Positions 50,599-63,872 of a stretch of 64,000 nt of DNA are shown in pieces. The notes beneath the pieces are model-generated. The model did not search any database. It saw only the letters and a program-made list of their open reading frames with translations, and was not told the DNA's origin. Source of the DNA: Marsupella aquatica. Lineage: Eukaryota; Plantae; Marchantiophyta. Position 1 is the stretch's first letter; every line of letters begins with the position of its first letter. The translations under genes and the position numbers were made by a program. The stretch is taken from positions 20,782,169 to 20,846,168 of the forward strand of contig OZ316891.1 of NCBI GenBank assembly GCA_973895155.1, given 5' to 3'.

Positions 50599-51635
50599 CC
50601 GTTTTCCCCCGAACACAAGGCCCGGGCACTATATTCAAATAGTGAGCCAAGGGGCGCTCTATTTGAATATAGTGCCCAGGGCACTCTGTTCGAGTTTGAA
50701 GTCAATGTTTTCATTTTTTGGACTTGTGACGTTGTGTTCGAAATGTGGCGTTGTGTTCAAAATGTGGAGTTGTGTTCAAATTTAAGGTAATGTGCTTGAA
50801 TTTTGGCTTTGTGAGATGCATGTAGAGTGTAAGTAGGAATGATAGGCATAGAAGTTATGTGTATTAGAGAGGAGTGTGTTCAAGTTTAGGTGTTTTGACT
50901 TCCCAACAATATTTGCTCAGGTCAAAGGATGTGTAACTAAATAATTGAACCACTGAAATTACACAAGGGGAGAAATCAAATTTCAATTGTTGACAAACCA
51001 TACGTACCAAGTGTACTATTATCACTTAGTAAAACATATTCGTCCACTTTTCACAGTTATTTGGTTTACTGTGGCCAATTTGTTTGTTTCTATTATTTAA
51101 TCTTTTTCATGCAGCCTGGAATGTTCGTGAGACTGCTTTGTTTCTATTGGAGTGCCTTGATCTTGAGGGCAATGGAAAATTGGAAATAGAGAAAATGAAT
51201 CATCAGACCTAATTATGCACATAGGCACTATGGGTTTCTTTGACAAGACGTTGTGGCGTCAATCAGAGGTTGATGTGAAAGTCCATTGAAAGTTCACACA
51301 ACAGAAGAATATATCGATACTTCCGGATTGTTGCTTAACATTTTGGAAAGAGCACACACTTCTCCGAGAATGAAGGATTTTGAAATTAGCTTACATTTCT
51401 CAAAGGACAATGGATTTCGTAAGTTGAAAGTGCGGATATGTCGGACGATTTTAAGTAACGTATTGTTGTTGCAACCCAGTTACCTTTCTCCTATAGTCAC
51501 TTGTGCATTTTCGAACACAAAGTCAATATCAAACACAGCGCCCGGCGCTGTGTTAATATGGTGCTGTGTTCGAGTGAAAACGTCTTTTTCGTCTAAAGTC
51601 CCTGTTTTGACCATATTCAGTTCGGGGGAAGAGAG
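50599..51635. mobile_element. Non-autonomous Tc1/mariner(pogo)-like element
   Basis: TA|CCGTTTTCCCCCGAAC ... GTTCGGGGGAAGAGAG|TA gives a 13/16 inverted match with TA on both flanks. Subterminal palindromes: GGGCACTATATTCAAATAG..CTATTTGAATATAGTGCCC (~50624-50677) and AACACAGCGCCCGGCGCTGTGTT (~51532-51554). Confidence 0.55.
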
Positions 51636-53069
51636 TAGTGCCCAAATTTTGCTCATAAATTTTGCTCATTTTGACATCCCTTCTTGCCACGGTCTATTGT
51701 AGTATTTTAAACTAGACCATAGGTCCCTTATCTTCGTTTTCGCTAGCAATTTGTGACATAAATGCAAACAGGAGAGTTTAGTCTTATTGGTTTGCGATGG
51801 TACTTTATTAGTTCATTACATAAATGCAAACAGTGAAGTTTAGTGAAAGATGCAGTACCGTATACAGTAAGGACTGTTTACCCTGCACTAATTGATTAGC
51901 GTGTAATGTAAGTCCAAATGGATCATTTCAGCTTACAGTACTCCATACGGTAAGAGCGTTAATAAGTCTGCACGGAAATTAATGAAAATGTCGCTCCAAA
52001 CAGTAAACCTTTCGCCAAAGATGCTTTTGAGTTTAAGTGTGCTGTATGATTTTGTCAAGAGTGATTACAATGCAGAGTGATTAATGTCCATGCAACGCAA
52101 ATCTACAGTACATGATGGAGCTCGGAAACCCAAAGAGTTTAGGTGGAAAATCCTCTCGAGGCAATTTAAGGAGTTTAATTATTATGTGTAAGACAAGATA
52201 ATATAATCATTTTAATCTTTATTGTTCTGTAGGACGACCAAATGATTTCTCGAGAATCATCAAAACAAGGACAATACTATCATTTCGAGCTGCACTCCGA
52301 AGTTTCCAATTCTCATAGATGTTTTGAAAATTCGAAGATGCCCATCTTTATTGTGAAAATTTCCACCCTTTGATGGGGGGAGATGTCCTTCATTATTTTG
52401 AAATTTCCAAAATACCTCTAAGTGATTGTACCTTTTATCGTTTCTTCAAAATTCGGTAAAAGGTACAAATAGCAAGTGTACTTTCGTAATTTCAAAACAT
52501 GAGTGATCGTTGCATAATTGGTCTGCATTATTGGTTTGCCTTCCATAATTGACCTGCAACAACGTAAGGTTTCATTTACATAAATGGTTTGTATAGTTAT
52601 TTTTCTATCTTCCCCAGAGCAGTCCAGTTATTATTGACTTAGAGAGTCCCCAGTCATCTAACGGAATGCCTGGCCCGAGGTAATCTTTGCTGTGAACTCC
52701 TAGTCATTTTAAAATAGGCACTTCTGGTGAGTTTGAGCTCTTCCTCCAGAGTCTCGCCAAACAAACAAGAGAACATGCATTGCACCCTCCCTATACACCT
52801 GGTTGACCATGGTAGCACTGAAAATGGTAGAATTAGTCATGGACTACAAGAATAGCATTGACGATAGGGGCTAATCTCCAGTGCTCCACACCTCAACTTT
52901 GTCCCCAACAAACTTGCAAGACAAGGAGTGGTGAAATGTGCAAAGGGTGGTGATACTTCTTGCCAACAAAGCAAACCACTACAAATTAAGTTGGGCCAGA
53001 TTAAAATTGGGCCCCAAGAATCAAGAACCCATAGCCACGTTTAGGTTTGGAACGTGCCATTAACTGGAC

Positions 53070-53310
53070 ATGGCCAGGTCCAGAAATCATGGGCACGGAC
53101 TAATCATTGTAAGGGTACATATTTTCCTTATGCCACTAAGACCATGTGGATGGCAATTGGCAAGGCCCTGAAATCATGGGCACGGGCTAATGAATGAAGG
53201 GTACATATTTTTCCCGATCCCACTAAGTGTGCAACACAACTGGCAAGACCCAGAAATCATGAGCACGGGACAATGAAGGGAAGGGGAAATATTTCCTGAT
53301 GGCACTACAC
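53070..53310. repeat. ~80-90-bp tandem repeat, 3 copies
   Basis: GAAATCATG(G/A)GCACGG..AAT..AAGGG.A.ATATTT..CACTA recurs near 53083, 53170 and 53253. Confidence 0.75.
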
Positions 53311-56300
53311 TTAAGGACTCCACAAATATTCACTTTCAATCCTTCCCCCTCCAAACATGATTATACAACAAATAATAATGTTCATGGTCCTTGAGAAGAT
53401 TCTTCCCTATACGTACACCTCACAGTAATGTGTGGTACTCTCTAGCAAAGCATTTCACTTCATGAATAAGTGTTGTTCGCGTTACTTTTGTTATAACACT
53501 TTACATGCAAATAAATTTATGTTACTTTGGATCGAAGGGTGGAAAGTAGTGAAACCAAATGGTTTTAAATTGACAATTAGTGTGACCCCAAATAGCATCT
53601 CATATGCGTTTGTGCCGACCCTGTTGTGAACTTTGGACTGAAGACCACCCATTCATAAATAACACTGTAAACAAAAGTGCCAAAAAACTATCTTGAAAAA
53701 CCGACAAAAATTGAAGTTTGGACTTGACATCACTTTCAGCAGAATGAGTGTTATCAACGCTAAGTTTGTAGTAATACCAATTCCTACAGAGCACTAGTTA
53801 AGGCAAACAGTGAGCAGTTTTGGAGATAATTGTAGTCATGGTTTTATATAACAGTGATTAGATTTCAAATGGTACTCAGTCAGGTTTTCTGTTCCCCGTT
53901 TATCATAGGTTGGTTACCTTTGTTTCTTGCTGGACAGTCTGGTCCTATGTGTTGTTGCTCTGGGGATCCTCTGGACTGTGTGTTCTTTTGTTCCTGCAAA
54001 GTGCAAATTTGTGGAGTTGTCCAAATAGAATTAGGAAGGCACATAGTGATGAATAGTGCCGTTCCAAAAATGAAGCACAACCTGAAATCTAGAGAGCCTG
54101 ACACTAACCAGCAAAAAGGTCGGTCAAATGATCAGAATATGAGCAGCGAGGCAGAGAACAATGGTGGCTGGAAAAGGAAAGGGCGAATGATATTGGTCAA
54201 CAGACAATTCGTCACCCTGGCTGGCCCATCTTCACCATCTTTTCTTGCTTTGTGTACAGGAGTTTCTTTCTACTGTGGAATGTGAGTGGAGATGGGGTTG
54301 ATATTACTTAAAAAATATTTGTACTTTAGGCAAGACAAGGTAATGGAGGGGCCCAGTGTGTTGATTCTGAACTATACATACTCCTTAATATTGAAGCTAG
54401 AGTAATTGGTTTTCAATCATAAAGATTTTCAATTTGGCTGTTGGGCTTTGAGGGGAAAAAGGGAGGAAGCCCAAGCCAGCCGAGTACTGGAGGAGGGCAG
54501 ATTGTATGCATGCAGAAGGACCTTAGAAATGGGTAGGGGGGGGGGGAGGGGGGATATCCACATTTCCTGAGGAGAGGTGGCCAGTGGTGAACCCAGGGGC
54601 AACCAAATCCAGTAGGGCCTGGGTGGCAATCTAAAGAAAACCCCTTAGTTTGTATTACGTGCAGAAATGAGGGTGAGTAAGCATTTGTCAAAATTTTGCC
54701 ACTAAAACATGCTCGTCATTCTTCCTGCACTTTTTTCAATATTTTCTGTCTTGAAATGTTGGGTGCCTTTTTTCAAAGAACTGGAACCAAACATTCTGCA
54801 TAAATGTATCTAATAAAGCTCAATCAAGAGCTACAATAAGAGCTTATGGAAGAGAATGAAACCTCTAGACTGTCACTCTGAGAGACACTTATGGTTCGGG
54901 TACAACTGAGCAGGATAGTATTCACCATCTATTCATCAGCTACGTTTGGGCATGGAAACAAGCAGGAATAAGTTTTGAGGAAGTAATCCCATTGACTAAA
55001 GGAACTTGAGCTTCTTCTTGTATTGTAAGCGAATGGTACATTCATCTCATATTGGGGGACCGTGGAATAATAGCCATACTGCACATTTGAAGGGTCATGC
55101 TTCCGCCTTGTCCAATGAATTGCTGGTATTAAGCTGGAAAAGTTCCATGTAAAAGGTTTCACAATTGACATCAAGAATATTGTTGAAAATTAGGTAATCT
55201 TAATTGCATTCGAAGGACCAATCTTGATTTGAATGTGAGTAATGGAGGTACTGTTTGGATATATTGGAGACGTGGAAAAAGGAGTGTATTTATTATTGGG
55301 GGTCAGCAAAAGTTGTTCAAAGTGAGAAAGGTCACACTCATGCTTATCCCTTTGCTCATCAACACAATTGTGCACTTCACCACAACGAAAGATCCGCATA
55401 AGATTCTGGGGCAAACATGTGCATCACAATAAAAATAAAATGTGCACCACAATGGAAGATGCTTAGACAATTCTGGATCACATATTTATGATGGTCAGCT
55501 GTGATCAATCAGTTCATGAGATTTGACACTGTAAGAAGTATCCTACAAACCTTCACGTGTGCACATATCCCTTCTAATCCAATCCAACCAATCAACTATA
55601 AAGCAAGGGAACTTTATTTCAAAGGCCAAGAGAATGTCACCTTTGACACGAAAGGTGGTTTCCAGAGTTGCCTTCTCTTCTCATAGTTACTAGACTCCAA
55701 GGTTACAGTAAGCAGTAAATACTAGCACCTTTTTTTATTTTACTCTAACAAGTAGTCCCAATTCTTACGCACATATAAGGGGAAATCTGTGAAAACTCAC
55801 CAAAAGGGAGGCAACAGAAGTCAATTATAACATTTGAACCCAAGACTTATGAGCCCTACTCAAGTGAGCTAGCACACAGCCATATCTGCTTTGGCTCCTT
55901 AATCACAATTTTACTTCACACTAGAAAACAGCTTCATCCCACCTTATATTACAATGTTGAAAACCCAGCAAAGAACCTAGTAGAGTGTCAAAATTGTTTG
56001 TTGTCTCCCAAGTATAGATCAAGTAACCAAAAAACCCTATAGAAAATTCCATAGTTACACTGAACTGGTTGAACATGACTTATTGCATTTCAGTTTCCGG
56101 TTCAGTCAACAGCCACTTATTAGGGCTTTCCAGTAAGGACTGAAGATTGCTCTAGATCGACCCAAGATACAACAGCAGGCCACATCCTCTTAATTTCCTT
56201 AGTCAAACTGAATGACTCTAAGTTTGAAGCAAATTGTTCTCTAGATTGTCCACAAATTCTCCACTGGTAAGCTGCCAGGAAAGGGTCAAGAGCTACTTTC

Positions 56301-56337
56301 ATACCAAAAGTCTCTATCTCATTCAACGCCAAAAAGA

Positions 56338-56475
56338 GCGATAGAAGAAAAAGGTTACCTTCTTCTCTTGCAATCCAGAGGAGTTAACTTAGTTTATTTT
56401 TTACGAAGAGAGATAGAAGAAAAAGGTACATATTTTCTCTTGCAATCTAGAGTAGTTAACTTAGTGAATTTTTTA
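56338..56475. repeat. ~70-bp tandem duplication
   Basis: GATAGAAGAAAAAGGT..TCTCTTGCAATC.AGAG.AGTTAACTTAGT x2. Confidence 0.75.
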
Positions 56476-59374
56476 GGATATCACGTCAATTCCTAACCTA
56501 ATTAAAATACTCAGAATCTATTAAGACAATATTCTATGAGTTTTGATATTTTATTTTGAAATGCTCCATTTCACTATAATAATATACAATCAAGAATATC
56601 TTCTATATTGTGCTATAAGCGCCTTCTTTTACATCGTATATATCATAAAATTTTGGTCAAAATAATGTGAGAATGGATTTTTTGGTTTACACTTGGTGCA
56701 CACTGTGCCAACCACAGGTTGGTTTCACTGCATATTGTTGTAGACGGTATCAGCTTAAAGCCTCCTTTTTTTGGATGATAAGAACAATTCTCTTCAACAC
56801 CCAAATATGAAATTGCTTAGATGTCCTTGTATTTTCCCATGGAGGTGGTTCATAGTTTCTTACGAACTGCAATCACATTTGTTTTTAGAAATAGAAGTCA
56901 AATTTATTGTCTCACATATTGAAAGATGGTGTTGCAGGAGCGGATAGAGGCAGGTGATCAGTGACGGAGCATCCAAGCATGTTATCCCAGAACTATGGTA
57001 GATGTAGTTGTTAAAAGTCATTTTACTTGTAGTATTGGTTTCATATTTAAGTTCTGGTCTAGGAAAGGAAGATGAGGATAAGATGGACCACAATGTTTGA
57101 GCTATGAGGACTCTGAGGACTAAGCACACCAACATCCAAAAAATGACCACTGATACCAAGAAAGATGCTATCTCCATGGAAAGTAACATTTCAGAATGGT
57201 CCATGCTGGTTTTGGGTAATTTATCAGATCATCTTTTTCAATAGTTTTAGTCTATGGAAGCTCCCACTCTAAACAGGGAAAGGGAGTAAAGTACTTTCCT
57301 GCACTAGTGATCCAATAACAGATGGTGCGACGAATCTTTCATACCATCAACCCAAAGCTTTGAGGAGACTCGAGGCTATATCACCAAAACTCAATGGAGT
57401 ATTCTAGTTCAAAGTGTTTCACCTACACATTTGATTAAAGGCATACTTATATTTTTGGGTGTCAAATAGTGCTTGGTCTATCAAAATCCTCAAGTCAAAT
57501 GTTGTAGCTCATCCGAGCACCAATTCGAATATCGTAGGATTCCATTGTCATGCATGATAAATTTACAAGCCTTTAAGACGTTGTAGCAAAAAATTAAAAA
57601 GTCATGATAAGACCCAACAAAAAATATAGATATATGTAAGTGACTTAACAGAGTGAACTTGTAATACTGGAACTCAATTCTACCTATGCTTGAGGGCAAG
57701 TTAGTCCAGAAAAATACTATAATTTAGAGCCTCCTACTGTCATTCACGACTTATTCCATAAAATAAATCATAAACCAGTTAATTATGGACCCCACTAGAG
57801 GTCCTTCCAAAATTCGAGACTCCACAGTGTGCCACGTCATCATGATGTGCTCCAAACAGGTATGGATTGGTTTACAAAATAAATTACTTCACCGTTCGTG
57901 TTTGTGACAGGATTTTGGTAAAATTGAGGACACCATGCCGTAAACCTTGATGTAAAAATGTTTGAAAAATAACCATTTTATTTACCCTAGGTAACAGACT
58001 GCTCAATTAGTAGGAGGCCTACCTTCCGTGTTTTTTACCCTGAGTAACCTCTGCCCACCCGCATTCTGAATTGTGTTTCAATTTAATAATAACTAAATCT
58101 CTCTCGGTAAGTTGATCTGATGACAAGTAATCATGACAATTTTCTCGACCTTCTGCTGTCACGAAGGAAGAAGTGGACATGATTCTATGTTGGATCACTC
58201 AGCACTCCTTTCCATGGCGTCATCATTGCAGTTCCTAACTCGGTGATGCCTCTCACTATTGTTAGATTGTCCAACGCATGAGACACGAGCGAACGAAAGA
58301 GAAGCAAGCTTAGTAGGTTCAATAAGGGCCTCGTCTACGTGCAGATGGTGTTAAACAGCCTGGGCATAAAAGAAGGACATAGTTATAAGAAATGTCAGAA
58401 GATAATCAAGGGAGTCGTGCGAACGGTAATGGAAAGGTGGACTTTCAGGAGTTCAAGGGGTCCACGAACTAATTATTTGTTAACAGGAAATTTGATATCT
58501 AGACTATAGGGAGGGACAACCAGGAAGGGGAGTTTGCGTGTGGGGTGCTCTTAGTATGAGTGAGCACAGGTATAATTGGGGTAGTGAACAATACATAGGA
58601 AAGAAGGCCATGGGGACAGGTCCAAATACAGGTTTGCGAGAGGGAGAGGGGGAAAATTACCCAGCAGGAAAAAGAATATTAGTTCAGTTAACTGAAACCA
58701 AGTAATTGGTCAATTGAAATCCTCAAGTCAAGGATTTAGCGCATCTGAGCTGCTGAGCATCAGCTTCACAAAATCTTAGGATTCCTCATAATTATCATGA
58801 TAACTGTATTGTGAAGCTTTAAAGAGAAATCAAAACCTAAACAATTTCTTTCAACAATTCTTGATACGACCCGACAGGATAATTATATTTCCGACCACAT
58901 TTATTTTTAATATTTTCCAATTTCCTGTCGTTACTGGGTTGATTTTATTATCATGTCAGCCTCGATTCCCCTCACGAGGTCTCCTTCAGCAATTTCGTGG
59001 CACTTACTTACAGTAAGACGGACTGTAAGTGTGTAGATTACACATTCATCATCACGAACCTGCTCGCCAATCGGAGCCGTCGGTAATAGAGATTGACGAT
59101 CAGGATCTTGCAGTCAGGGATAGAGGAAGTATCAAAGCCGTACATAAAATGAGATCAGCACTGCGATAGTACGGATTCCGCGCAGCCGTTTCGCAGACCG
59201 GACTGTTCCTGTTTCTTACTCATCTGTCAGCGGCAAAACGGGGATTGTCGTGTTTTGGAGTCTGGAGCAAATCTTTGCTCTTGTACTCGTGTAGGGAGAC
59301 TTCGTTACAATGGCTATGTAGAATTGGAGATGGAGAGCATTAGAGACTAGAGCGTTGATGCGTAGACTGCTCTA

Positions 59375-59650
59375 CGTTGTTTTGCTCGAGTAGTTTTGGT
59401 GGATGATTTGGTTTAGCTTCATTCCGCGGTAGTCTACAAATATACTTTGGGGCGAACTGTGAGCAGAAGCGCTTGCTTTGCTTGGGTAATTTGGCCTAGC
59501 TTCATTGCTCCTCGGTCTAGACTTTAAGAGCAAAATTCAGTAGACTGTGGAGCAAATCATGGAGCAAAAGCGTTGCTTTGCTCGATGATTTGGTCAAAGC
59601 TTCATTCCTCCTCAAGTCCTCAGTCTACACTTTGAGAGCAAATCATCGAC
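59375..59650. repeat. ~100-bp degenerate tandem repeat, about 3 copies
   Basis: TTTGCT...ATTTGG...AGCTTCATT.C...GTCTA(C/G)A recurs three times. Confidence 0.6.
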
Positions 59651-60319
59651 CAGATTCCGTGATGAACGAAACTAACCCCCAAAAAACAATGCCAACCGTA
59701 GAGTCTAGAGCCCCTGTCCGTGCGCAATAGACCCTAGAGGTCTGAAGTGTTCTACAGTAGTGCTCTAGTGGTCTAGTGCTCTTGTTTTGAATTTTTTATT
59801 AGTTTTTGTGAAGACTGAGAAACCCCGCCATAGAACACTCGTTTTGATCTGTGTGGAATGAAGTTATGAATGTAGAGGACAAAAATAATAAAGTCTAGAC
59901 TCTAGACCGCGGTCTAGCAGTCTCCTAATTAAGAGCACTTTGCCGTGCGACGTGATTCTGTTCGTGGGATGGGTTGAAGTAATGACGCAGTGGAGAGAGC
60001 CCCGGGGAGAGAGCAGACTAGCAGAGGGACTGCGCGTGACTGCGCTTGTCTGAGAGGGGGAGGATGATTCTCATTCAATTTCGTTCATTCATTCATTCAC
60101 TCACGCATTGAATGATGGCAGATCCTGATAAGAATCATGAAGGATAAAGCACTGGACTGGTCTACTGCGCTGCCGTGGGGATCTTGGAGAGGGAGTAAAA
60201 GGGTTTGTGTGTCTGGGATTGCACCAATGGGAGACGGAATTCTCCTTTGGCTGGGGGCGTGGCGTGGCATGACATTGCAGGCATGGGAGATTGGTGGGAT
60301 GCTGCATTCAAGACTGGAG

Positions 60320-60990
60320 TCCTACTCCTCCACTCTACTCCTTTAGGCGTCACCGACTGGCAATGGGACAAATTGAGAGGCAACACTCATCAGGAAGGAA
60401 ATGCGAAATCATACAGTAGAGAACTGTGGACAGCGAGAAAGAGAGATTTTGCTCACCTGCTGTACAAGGAGAGATGACACTAATTTAGTAGAAAGTGTCA
60501 TACTCCTGTAGTCGTCACCGACTGGCAGCGGGACACACCGAGAGATAAAACTTATCAGGAAAGAAATGCAAAATCCTTACAGTAGATAACTGTGGAGGGA
60601 GACACGAGTGACTGCTCTAAAGCACTGAGTCCAGCGTAAAAACAAATGCCATACTCCTCTACTACCCAACTGCTGTAGTCGTCACCTGACTGGCAACAAC
60701 GGGACAAAATACTCATCTGAAACGAAGGAAAGACATGCAAAATCCATACAGTAGAGAACTGTAGAGAGACAGAAAGCGAGAGTTGGCTGTAAAAGGAGAG
60801 GTCAGACCAATTTAGCAAAAAGTGCCATACTTCTCTTCTACTCTACTCCTATAGTGGTCCCTGACTGGCAACGGGACAAAGCGAGAGATAAGGCTCATCA
60901 GAAAAGAAATGCCAAATCCATTCAGGTGAGAACTGTGAAAAGAGAGAAAGAGAGATAGAGTTTGCTGTAAAAGGAAAAAAGAGGACCAGC
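60320..60990. repeat. ~165-175-bp degenerate tandem repeat, 4 copies
   Basis: GACTGGCA..GGGACA..CTCATCAG.AA.GAAATGC.AAATC..ACAGTAGAGAACTGT recurs, with cores near 60351, 60516, 60683 and 60860. Confidence 0.8.
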
Positions 60991-61267
60991 GCATTAAAAA
61001 GTGACAAAATGTACACTGGAGATAGAAGCAAAACAGGGGATATACACGGGTGAGTGCTCTAAAGCCTATCGTTTGACACAGAAAAGAAAAAAGTGACAGA
61101 GAAAAGAGCTCGAGATGAGTGAATCACACGCCGTCATAGTGCTGGCCTTGCATACAGTACAGCCGTCGTAATCTGCATGGAGTACAGGCGTACAAATGGG
61201 TCTAGAGGAACGACAAGGCAGGGTGTGCTTCTTTTCAGGCAGGGTGTGCTTCTTTTTAGCCAGGGTG

Positions 61268-61385
61268 GCCAATGTCACCTTTTGTGAAGGAGATGATCTT
61301 AAGAATATTACACATAATTTACCTAGATAAGTTCTTTCGCCAATGTCACCTTTTGTGAAGGAGACGATCTTAAGAATATTACACA
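61268..61385. repeat. ~70-bp spaced duplication
   Basis: GCCAATGTCACCTTTTGTGAAGGAGA(T/C)GATCTTAAGAATATTACACA x2. Confidence 0.8.
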
Positions 61386-62515
61386 TCTCATTTTCCTAGA
61401 TAATTTTTTCGACCATTCGATCTCCTTAGATTGAACAAGAACCATCAGATTCTGGCCACTGGAGTATGTGGCTAGATGGGCAATTGGGTAATACAAGGGA
61501 AACAAAACTAGCCAGTTTTTCTAAAAAGTGAAGACTTTTCAGTGGAATTCGACCAATTTTTACCACTAAAAAATGCTGGTGCTCTGCTGCAGATTCCAGA
61601 AAGAGAGGACTACCGTAATTAGTATCATAACTTATATAGTCTCCCTGCATAAATAGTATCACACACACTAATCAGGGTGTGACTACAAATCTGAGAAAAT
61701 ATAAATATTAGTACAAGTAGAGAGTTCAGTCTATTGTCATCCGTTCTAATTTGATTTTGATTGTATTTATAACCTGGTTGTCATTTCATCATACTTTAAT
61801 GAAATCTGAATTTCAATTGACATTCATTTTTAATTTTATATGCCATCGCAAATATATCTTACTACTAGAAATATTTGTACTTTTCATAAGCTATATACAT
61901 AATATGTGTTCATCACACACTATTTGAGTGTCACCAAAAATAATCTCACTTACTCTAATTTATAATAACATGTATTTAGTCTCACTTCTTATATAGTCTC
62001 ATACACATTAATTACGGTGACAGCTTTCAAAAACCTTTGTTCCCAAATACTGTGTGTGAGATTAATTAAGGTAATCAGTGTAGATGATGAATCTGTAAGG
62101 GAGCAACCTGGGGTGGGGTCTAGGGGAGGGCATGTGTTTGCTCAATGGGCACGCACAGTTTTGGAGAGGGGGTATTGCTATCTCCACGCCCATCCAGGTC
62201 TAAAGGGGGGAGTTACTTTTTGCCCAACTCTTTCTTTTCGCGTTTTAGAGGAACGCACATTGGAAATTTGTCTATGTGTCTTGGGCATTAATGGAGCTTT
62301 ACAAGAAATATTGGACTACAGCCATAATTTCCCAGGACAAAATGAGTGGGCCAGTTTTAGTTTAAATGTAGGCTTCCAGTACAAACCGATTGGCCCATGT
62401 TGGGAGCGGAATCAATGCCAATCAAGAGACCGAGCTGCAAACCAAGAGACCGGGCAACCAAACCTTTAGACCACCTCTCACGGTGGCCCGGTGGTCTAAA
62501 CTTTGGCTAACAAAA

Positions 62516-62658
62516 ACCGCGTGTTAAATTTACGTCAACCGTACAACCAGAACATAAACCAATACACTATATTTCTGATTTATAAACCAAATGATTTGAA
62601 CAACATGTGTCTTGGTTTATGTTCTGGTTGTACGGTTGACGTAGATTTAACGCGCGGT
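62516..62658. mobile_element. 143-bp foldback MITE, Mutator-like (9-bp TSD)
   Basis: 52-bp inverted arms (62516-62567 / 62607-62658, 3 mismatches) flanked by CTAACAAAA direct repeats (62507-62515, 62659-62667). Confidence 0.85.
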
Positions 62659-62936
62659 CTAACAAAACAGTTTCCACATTTATACTCATAGGGACCCACA
62701 GAGTGCCATGTATGCTTGGGCAAACTTGAGCTTAATAAGTTGCCAAAAATTGTCTACAGTCAAGAAAGACCCATCACACTAAGCTAACAGCTGGAATGAA
62801 ATCTCAGTTTAGAAAAGGAAGAAAGTGTCAATGTGACCATTCTTGTAAAGCCCCTCGTTGAGCCATCAAAAACCCATGTCTTATAGTTAAGGTAGAGGAG
62901 ATTCAACAAGGTAGCCCAAGTCATGATCCAGGTTTT

Positions 62937-63227
62937 TTTTGCCTTGAATATTGAAAGCTGACCCAGCCAACAGAGGATAGAGCATCAACTCCAGAGCATG
63001 CACCTCTGAAGGGTAGCCCACAAGGGGGTCCATACCCCGTACCAGGAGGAGAGAGTGTTGGACCAGAGCCCCAAAGTAGCAACTAGGGGCTGGGAAGAAA
63101 CCAGGACGATCACCACTGCACCGCACCCACAAACACACTCACCCTCCACAACCCTTGCATGTGAAAGGGGGATTGAACCTGGGGCCTCTGGGTTTTGGGC
63201 TCATCCCCTGGCCAACTGACCAACAGC
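62937..63227 (-). mobile_element. tRNA-derived SINE
   Basis: The minus strand begins GCTGTTGGTCAGTTGG (A box), then GGTTCAATCCC (B box, ~63169-63179), and ends in an A-tail (~62933-62940). It is flanked by ATCCA(G/A)GTTTT direct repeats (62926-62936, 63228-63238). Confidence 0.75.
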
Positions 63228-63639
63228 ATCCAAGTTTTGGGTTCTGTGTTATAAGAACATAGTGATTTCATGGAAGGAAACGCTCAAGGAAACAAAGTGG
63301 GATTATATGGAAAACCTTTCCTTATCCTTATGGAGAACAGTGGGTTCTGTGTTGTAGGAAACCATGGAAGGAAACTAATGTGGAATTATATTTGTAACCT
63401 CCCCTCGTGAAGAACAACAGCGGAAGCATCTTTGTCCGTTGCAAAAATAATGGCCTCAAAAGTATCCATGGCTTGTCCTCTCCATAGTCTAGTCCATAAA
63501 ACAATTGGAGGAACCCAGACCAGTAGACCACCGACTTGAACTGTAGATTGCAATGAGGGTATCGTGAGGAAGACAGGAAAACTATTACCAAAGACTCTTT
63601 TGGAGTTATGAGAGATCTCCTGCAACAGGGATCTTGTCT

Positions 63640-63872
63640 CTTGGTTTGGGGCTTTATGTAATTTGGCAGTCTGCTAATTGTTGTGAGGAGTCAAGTCAAT
63701 GCTTTATTGTCTTTGAGGTGAGGACAAATAGAAACAAGGTACTGGTTTGGGGCTTTATGTAATTTGGCAGTCTGCTAAATTTTGTGAAGAGTCAAGATAA
63801 TGCTAAATGTTGTGAAGAGTCAAGATAATGCTTTTTTTTCTTTGAGGTGAGGACAAATAGACACAAGGTACT
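63640..63872. repeat. Local duplications
   Basis: TGGTTTGGGGCTTTATGTAATTTGGCAGTCTGCTAA x2; GAGTCAAG..AATGCT x3; TTTGAGGTGAGGACAAATAGA.ACAAGGTACT x2. Confidence 0.75.

Noticed and set aside
54929-55414. Possible TE-protein remnants
   Set aside because: Short frames with no identifiable motif.
55830-55882. tRNA/SINE-head-like A/B boxes on the minus strand
   Set aside because: Too degenerate and short, with no cloverleaf, tail or TSD found.
57483-58880. Diverged direct repeats (AAATCCTCAAGTCAA..TAGGATTCC) ~1.2 kb apart, possible LTRs
   Set aside because: No TG..CA ends, PBS/PPT or TSD identified, and the similarity is patchy.
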